Source of the DNA: an uncultured Lachnospiraceae bacterium | GTDB lineage: Bacteria; Bacillota; Clostridia; Lachnospirales; Lachnospiraceae | DNA length: 64,000 nt | Direction of reading: 5' to 3' | Assembly (NCBI GenBank): GCA_947629385.1 | Contig: CANRDO010000001.1 | Location: forward strand, 107,535-171,534 | Shown here: positions 59,399 to 64,000 of the stretch, one piece after another | Layout: every line of letters starts with the position of its first letter | Position numbering within the stretch: the stretch's first letter is position 1 | Notes under the pieces: model-generated | The model's input: the letters and a program-made list of their open reading frames with translations, nothing else | The model's database searches: none | What the model was told of the DNA's origin: nothing | Translations under genes and position numbers: made by a program

Positions 59399-60085
59399 TT
59401 GATCCTCAAGCTAGAGCATATATACAAGGACTATATTCAAGGCAAGCTGACGGTTCCTGTGTTGAAGGATGTCTGCCTGAATGTGGATAAAGGAGAATAT
59501 GTGGCGATCATGGGACCTTCCGGCTCCGGAAAATCTACGCTGATGAACATCATCGGCTGTCTGGATCGCCCGACGTCGGGCAGCTATGAGCTGACGGGAA
59601 AGAATGTCCTTTCGTTGAACGAACGGCAACTGGCGGACGTACGTCTGCACAACATTGGATTTGTATTTCAGAACTTTCAGCTGCTTCCGCGCATGACGGC
59701 GCTGGACAATGTAGCGCTCCCGCTGATCTATGCGGGGGTTCGCAAGCGTGCGCGCCGGGCGAAGGCAAGGGAAGCGCTCATACGCGTAGGCCTGGAGGAC
59801 CGTGTCACATTCAAGCCGACGCAGCTGTCCGGAGGACAGAAGCAGAGGGTGGCGATTGCGCGCGCGATGGTGAACAAGCCAGATATTTTGCTGGCGGATG
59901 AGCCGACTGGCGCGCTTGACTCCAAGTCGAGTAAGCAGGTCATGGAATTGTTCCAGAAGCTGAACGACGAGGGAGTTACTGTGATCATGATCACGCATGA
60001 CAGCGGGATCGCCGGTTATGCCAAGCGTGTAGTTACCATCTTTGACGGTGAGCTTGCGGAGCAGAAAGGAGAGAACGAGCAATGA
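59399..60085 (+). CDS. MacB/LolD/FtsE-type ABC transporter ATP-binding protein
   Basis: GPSGSGKST, LSGGQKQRVAIARA, LLADEPTGALD. TTG start follows GAGGAGGGG. Confidence 0.9.
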   Translation: MILKLEHIYKDYIQGKLTVPVLKDVCLNVDKGEYVAIMGPSGSGKSTLMNIIGCLDRPTSGSYELTGKNVLSLNERQLADVRLHNIGFVFQNFQLLPRMTALDNVALPLIYAGVRKRARRAKAREALIRVGLEDRVTFKPTQLSGGQKQRVAIARAMVNKPDILLADEPTGALDSKSSKQVMELFQKLNDEGVTVIMITHDSGIAGYAKRVVTIFDGELAEQKGENEQ

Positions 60086-63000
60086 AGCTGAGAACTGTGT
60101 TGATCAGTGTCGTGGTGTCCGCCGCGCTGATAGGCGGTGCCGGCTATGGCGCGTACTATGCCACACAGAGTCAGAAATCTCCGATCGAGGTCGTGCCTGT
60201 AGCAAATGTCAGGGGCTATTCCTGGATGGACGAGCGACAGACTATCTACGGTTCTGTCACGTCTCAGGTGGCACAGACCGTTCAGTTGAATGAAGAATAC
60301 GGAATTGACAAGATATACGTGGAAGTCGGGGACGAGGTCAAGGAAGGCACGCCTCTTTTTTCCTATGACATGACGCTCCAGGAGCTTGAGCTCGAGATGC
60401 AGCAGCTGGAGCTTCAGACGAATGAGCTGACACTGACGCGTCTGGAAAAAGAGCTGGAGAAGCTGAAAAAGACTCCGGCGACAGCGGCGTTGGAGCGTGA
60501 TTTCCTTACAATGACTGCGTCGGCTGAGGAGAGCATGGAATCGGGCGAATCGGAAAAGATCGAAGAATCGGAAGAATTGAAGGAGCCGGACGACTCGGAT
60601 GAGCCGGATGAGGTCGTGCCGGATGAAACTGAGGATCCGGAGCCGGCTCCTGATTCAGACGGAGCGGATACCGACAGGCAAGCCGCGGACGGGCAGGACG
60701 GCGTAGCGGTTGACGACGTGGAGAATGTAGGCGGAAGCAAGGAAGGCTCTGAGCTTTCTACGGTCGAGAACAGTGTGCTCAGCTTTGAGGCGTTGGTGCT
60801 CGAACTGCAGATGACCTTCCTTACCTGTGGCGATGATCTCAAGGCAAGCGATGTAGGCGAGGCAATCGAACAGGCTGTATTGTATTATAGAAGAAATTTA
60901 GCGGATGAGAAGAAGACGGAGGAAGAGCAGGAGGATGGATCGGTAAGAGAAGTCTGCTCTCATGTACTCAAGGATTCCGTCAAGGCAGCCCTGGATAAGG
61001 AAGAGACGGAGACGCTTAGAAAGAGATGCAGGACGCTGGAGGAGTATCAGGTTGCATATGTAGAGATGCTGATCGCGGAGGCGCAGGAGCTGGAAGCGTC
61101 CGCGCTTTCTGAGGCAGTTTCGCAGATCGGAGAAGCGTATGAGCTGCTGGATACGGCCCAGCGGGATAGTGTAGAGAATATTGACCGTCTGGAGGAGCTG
61201 AAGACGCTGGCTGAAGCGGCGCAGGGTCAGGATGGTGCCAATGAGGCGGGCGAGACCAGTGGAACGGATGAGACGGATGGAGCTGCTGAGACGGACGGCT
61301 CTGCCGAGAGCGGGCAGCCGCAGGACGGCGATTCGCAGACAGACGCGGATCAGTCTGCGGACGGCGTGCGTCGGAATACGGTTACATTTGACGTGTCGGA
61401 CGGAGCTGCGGCGACAGTGAACGGCGAGGACGTCACAAACTCGATTGCGATGGCAGAGAACGGCAGGATTGTATTTGGGCTAAGTCTGGAGGACGGCTAC
61501 GAGCTTACCGAGGTTCTGGTTGACGGATCAATCCCGGCGAGAAAAAATGAAGAAAGCGACGACCCGGACGATTACATAATCGAAGGAATACAGACGAACG
61601 AGACGATTGTGTCCGTGCGGACGCAGCTTGATCCGGACGTGGAGCCGCAGAGTGGCGATGTGGCGTCGGCGATTGCGGAGGATGAGGCAGCGGGCGGCGC
61701 TGCGAACATAAGTGAGCCTGCCGGCGCAGACGGTACGGGCGACGGAGCGACCAACGGAGACGGACAGAACGGCGAGACTGGCGGAGACGCGCAGAATGGC
61801 GAGACCGGCGGAGACGGACAGAATGACGAGACCGGCGGAAATGGTACGGGCAGCGGGGATACAGGTGAGGGATCGACGAACGGAGAAGGCTCGGGCGGAT
61901 CGACCGCTGAGGATAGCCAGAGCGGCGAGCCGACGAAGGGAAAGGAATTCACGGTTACGATCAATCCGGGCAATAGGACGGAGAAGCACGAAGTCGGAAG
62001 ACTGGTTCCTCTGCAGGCGGATCTGAGCGATGTGACACTTGTGTTTATGGGATGGAGCGTTGTGCCGACCACAGCAGCTTCCGGAGAAGGCGGACAGGCG
62101 AGTGCACCGACGGCTGACGGAAACGGACAGACGGGTACACCGACAGCCGGAAATGACGCTCGTACGGTTGAGCTGACTTCTGAGGATGTCGCGGGCGGCT
62201 ATGCGAGCTTTACGATGCCGGAGTTTGATGTGACGGCGACCGCAAAATATGAGAATGCGCCGGATGCGATTGAGAGCTATGTGACGACATTCCTTGCGGA
62301 GGCGGAAAAGCTTCTGGCGGAGAATGCGGCACAGACTTATTCCGATCAGGGAAAGGACTTCCTGACAGAGCTGGAGAGCGCCATCGTATTTTATCAGCAG
62401 TGGCTCTCAAATCCTATGGAGGAGATTCTGGAAGAGTCGGAGACGACGGCTCCCGATATGGAGAAATATCAGCTTCTTGGCAATGTGAGCGATTACCTGA
62501 CGGCGCATGGCAAGGAATTCCAGGTCAAGCAGCTTAAGGAGCGCTACAGGGAGCTCTGCTTGTTATACGCAAAATCCCTGTTCGAGGCGATCAATCCTGC
62601 GGCTATCGATAAGGACCTGCTCGAGAAGGCGTTGGATACTTACGAGCAGCTTGGCGAGAATTGGAGAAAGAAGCTGGAGAACCGCTGGAAGGAGGAGCAG
62701 GCAGATCTGGCGGAGCAGAACGGGCAGCCCTGGGAGGAGAACAAGAAGGGCAAGAAAATTCCTCCGGAGAGCTTTCTGGGGATCGGGGATACTCTGAAGG
62801 CATACTCTGTCTTGCAGATGTTCCAGGAGTTTTTGAATCTTCCGCCGGACACGCCGGAGGAAGAACGATATGATATGATTCTGGACATTTGGGCCGGCTA
62901 TCTGGATCTCAGCGAAGCACAGAAGCTTGTGGTGGGCAGTGATCCATCCTTTGCCGAGACGTTTCGGCAGTATGGGCTTTGGGAGGATGAGCCGGAGACA

Positions 63001-63798
63001 GAGTTCCCGGATTATGGCGGCGATGACTATGGCGATTACGGCGGAGACGAGCCGATGTACACGGCCGCCGAGCTCGCGGAGATGATCAAGGATAAGGAAC
63101 AGGAAATCAAGTCCTGCACGCTCGACGTCAGACAGAGTGAGCTCGATCTGAGGCAGAAGCAGCGGATCATCGACGGAAAGGTCGTCAAGAGTACGATGGA
63201 AGGCACTGTAGTCAGCGTAGGCAATCTGAATGGAGAGTCGGATGAGGATTACTTTGTAAAGGTTGCAAACGAGGCAGGGCTGTACGCGAAGGGTTCGATG
63301 AGCGAGCTGGCGCTGGAGAAGCTCAATGTCGGAGATACGATCACTGGGATGCTGACGACAAACGGAACGGAATTCAGTGCGGTGATCAAGGAAGTATCCG
63401 AGTACCCGGACGGGAGCAACGACGCTTACTATTACGGGCAGGAGAACACAAACGCTTCCTATTATCCGTTCTATGCGCTGATCGAGGATACGGAAGGCCT
63501 GGAAGAGGGAGAAGCAGAAATCTACCTTGCCGGGGGAAGCGGCGGGCAGGACGACGCGATTTACCTGGACAATTATTTTATTCGTTCCGAGTCGGACGGA
63601 AGGACCTACGTCTACAAGAAGGGCGACGATGGCAAGCTGACGAAGCAGTACGTTAAGATAGGCAAAAAGACAGGTTACTCGCAGGAGATCAAGGAAGGTC
63701 TCAGCCTTGAGGACATGATTGCGTTCCCATATGGCAAGAATGTCAAGGAGGGCGCGAAGACGAAAGACGTAGATATGCTGCAGGATGCCTTTATGTAG
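60082..63798 (+). CDS. giant membrane-fusion-type adaptor protein with an insertion of about 860 aa in the coiled-coil hairpin
   Basis: Residues 1-130 give a TM helix, lipoyl half KIYVEVGDEVKEGTPLFSYD and helix 1. Residues from about 993 give helix 2, lipoyl half GKVVKSTMEGTVVSVG and a beta-barrel. The middle is acidic low-complexity sequence plus helical and beta modules. The start overlaps the ATPase stop (ATGA). Confidence 0.7.
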   Translation: MKLRTVLISVVVSAALIGGAGYGAYYATQSQKSPIEVVPVANVRGYSWMDERQTIYGSVTSQVAQTVQLNEEYGIDKIYVEVGDEVKEGTPLFSYDMTLQELELEMQQLELQTNELTLTRLEKELEKLKKTPATAALERDFLTMTASAEESMESGESEKIEESEELKEPDDSDEPDEVVPDETEDPEPAPDSDGADTDRQAADGQDGVAVDDVENVGGSKEGSELSTVENSVLSFEALVLELQMTFLTCGDDLKASDVGEAIEQAVLYYRRNLADEKKTEEEQEDGSVREVCSHVLKDSVKAALDKEETETLRKRCRTLEEYQVAYVEMLIAEAQELEASALSEAVSQIGEAYELLDTAQRDSVENIDRLEELKTLAEAAQGQDGANEAGETSGTDETDGAAETDGSAESGQPQDGDSQTDADQSADGVRRNTVTFDVSDGAAATVNGEDVTNSIAMAENGRIVFGLSLEDGYELTEVLVDGSIPARKNEESDDPDDYIIEGIQTNETIVSVRTQLDPDVEPQSGDVASAIAEDEAAGGAANISEPAGADGTGDGATNGDGQNGETGGDAQNGETGGDGQNDETGGNGTGSGDTGEGSTNGEGSGGSTAEDSQSGEPTKGKEFTVTINPGNRTEKHEVGRLVPLQADLSDVTLVFMGWSVVPTTAASGEGGQASAPTADGNGQTGTPTAGNDARTVELTSEDVAGGYASFTMPEFDVTATAKYENAPDAIESYVTTFLAEAEKLLAENAAQTYSDQGKDFLTELESAIVFYQQWLSNPMEEILEESETTAPDMEKYQLLGNVSDYLTAHGKEFQVKQLKERYRELCLLYAKSLFEAINPAAIDKDLLEKALDTYEQLGENWRKKLENRWKEEQADLAEQNGQPWEENKKGKKIPPESFLGIGDTLKAYSVLQMFQEFLNLPPDTPEEERYDMILDIWAGYLDLSEAQKLVVGSDPSFAETFRQYGLWEDEPETEFPDYGGDDYGDYGGDEPMYTAAELAEMIKDKEQEIKSCTLDVRQSELDLRQKQRIIDGKVVKSTMEGTVVSVGNLNGESDEDYFVKVANEAGLYAKGSMSELALEKLNVGDTITGMLTTNGTEFSAVIKEVSEYPDGSNDAYYYGQENTNASYYPFYALIEDTEGLEEGEAEIYLAGGSGGQDDAIYLDNYFIRSESDGRTYVYKKGDDGKLTKQYVKIGKKTGYSQEIKEGLSLEDMIAFPYGKNVKEGAKTKDVDMLQDAFM
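61756..61836 (+). repeat. three tandem 27-bp coding repeats (GD[GA]QN[GD]ETG)
   Basis: Units at 61756, 61783 and 61810: ggagacggacagaacggcgagactggc / ggagacgcgcagaatggcgagaccggc / ggagacggacagaatgacgagaccggc. Confidence 0.85.
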
Positions 63799-63849
63799 CG
63801 GGAGGTATGGGATGAAGGACGAAACGGTTACGGCAGGGGGTGTTGAGAC

Positions 63850-64000
63850 TTGCTTGAGAATATAAGACTGTCGTTTCAGGGGATATGGTCGCACAAGATG
63901 CGTTCTTTCCTGACGATGCTCGGTATCATCATCGGTATCGCCTCCATTATTTCAATCGCGTCGACGATCAAGGGCACAAACGAGCAGATCAAGAATAACC
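63850..64000 (+). CDS. MacB/FtsX-type ABC transporter permease, N-terminal fragment (runs off the window)
   Basis: My translation from TTG 63850 reads MLENIRLSFQGIWSHKMRSFLTMLGIIIGIASIISIASTIKGTNEQIKNN, a typical MacB-permease N-terminus and TM1. It is absent from the ORF track because it is shorter than 60 aa. Confidence 0.75.
   Translation, partial: MLENIRLSFQGIWSHKMRSFLTMLGIIIGIASIISIASTIKGTNEQIKNN

Overview
This is a 64-kb chromosomal segment from a high-GC (about 60 %) spore-forming Firmicute. The gene content looks Clostridia/Lachnospiraceae-like, but that taxon call is an inference. No search tools were run; every call rests on motifs read in the supplied translations and on my own inspection of the DNA.

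Layout:
- (1) spoIIP 3' end, then a small cell-envelope glycan-modification cluster: WbqC-like, ATP-grasp, two half-size EamA/ArnEF-like proteins and a GtrB/ArnC-like GT2. lepA follows.
- (2) A beta-mannan / manno-oligosaccharide utilisation locus: SBP, two permeases, GH113-like, 2-epimerase, CE2-like esterase, two LacI regulators, GH26.
- (3) A 3.9-kb low-GC islet. It carries a soluble ABC-type ATPase + DUF4276 cassette (candidate defence module), an XRE regulator, and frameshifted SWIM and HipA-like remnants.
- (4) A TetR gene with two near-identical palindromic operators, followed by a complete type II fatty-acid synthesis / acetyl-CoA carboxylase operon (acpP fabK fabD fabG fabF accB fabZ accC accD accA).
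- (5) Membrane and lipid genes: RHH regulator, SPFH protein, cardiolipin synthase, a VanX-like remnant and a PAP2 phosphatase.
- (6) ArsR / HMA / P1B-ATPase metal module, a Phd-ParE toxin-antitoxin islet, an MFS transporter and CorA.
- (7) hemW, pepD, GH3, GH29 and an SGNH esterase.
- (8) The CIRCE-controlled hrcA-grpE-dnaK-dnaJ-prmA-rsmE block, then glyA.
- (9) A MacB-type ABC export operon with two membrane-fusion-type adaptors. One has a Met/Asp/Tyr-rich repeat tail. The other is a 1238-aa giant with an insert of about 860 aa at the hairpin tip.

I saw no rRNA, tRNA, CRISPR array, transposase or integrase. The most interesting items are the ATPase+DUF4276 cassette and the dual-adaptor MacB operon. 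Next come the TetR/fab operator pair, the 15-bp tandem array at the fabG start and the envelope-glycan cluster.
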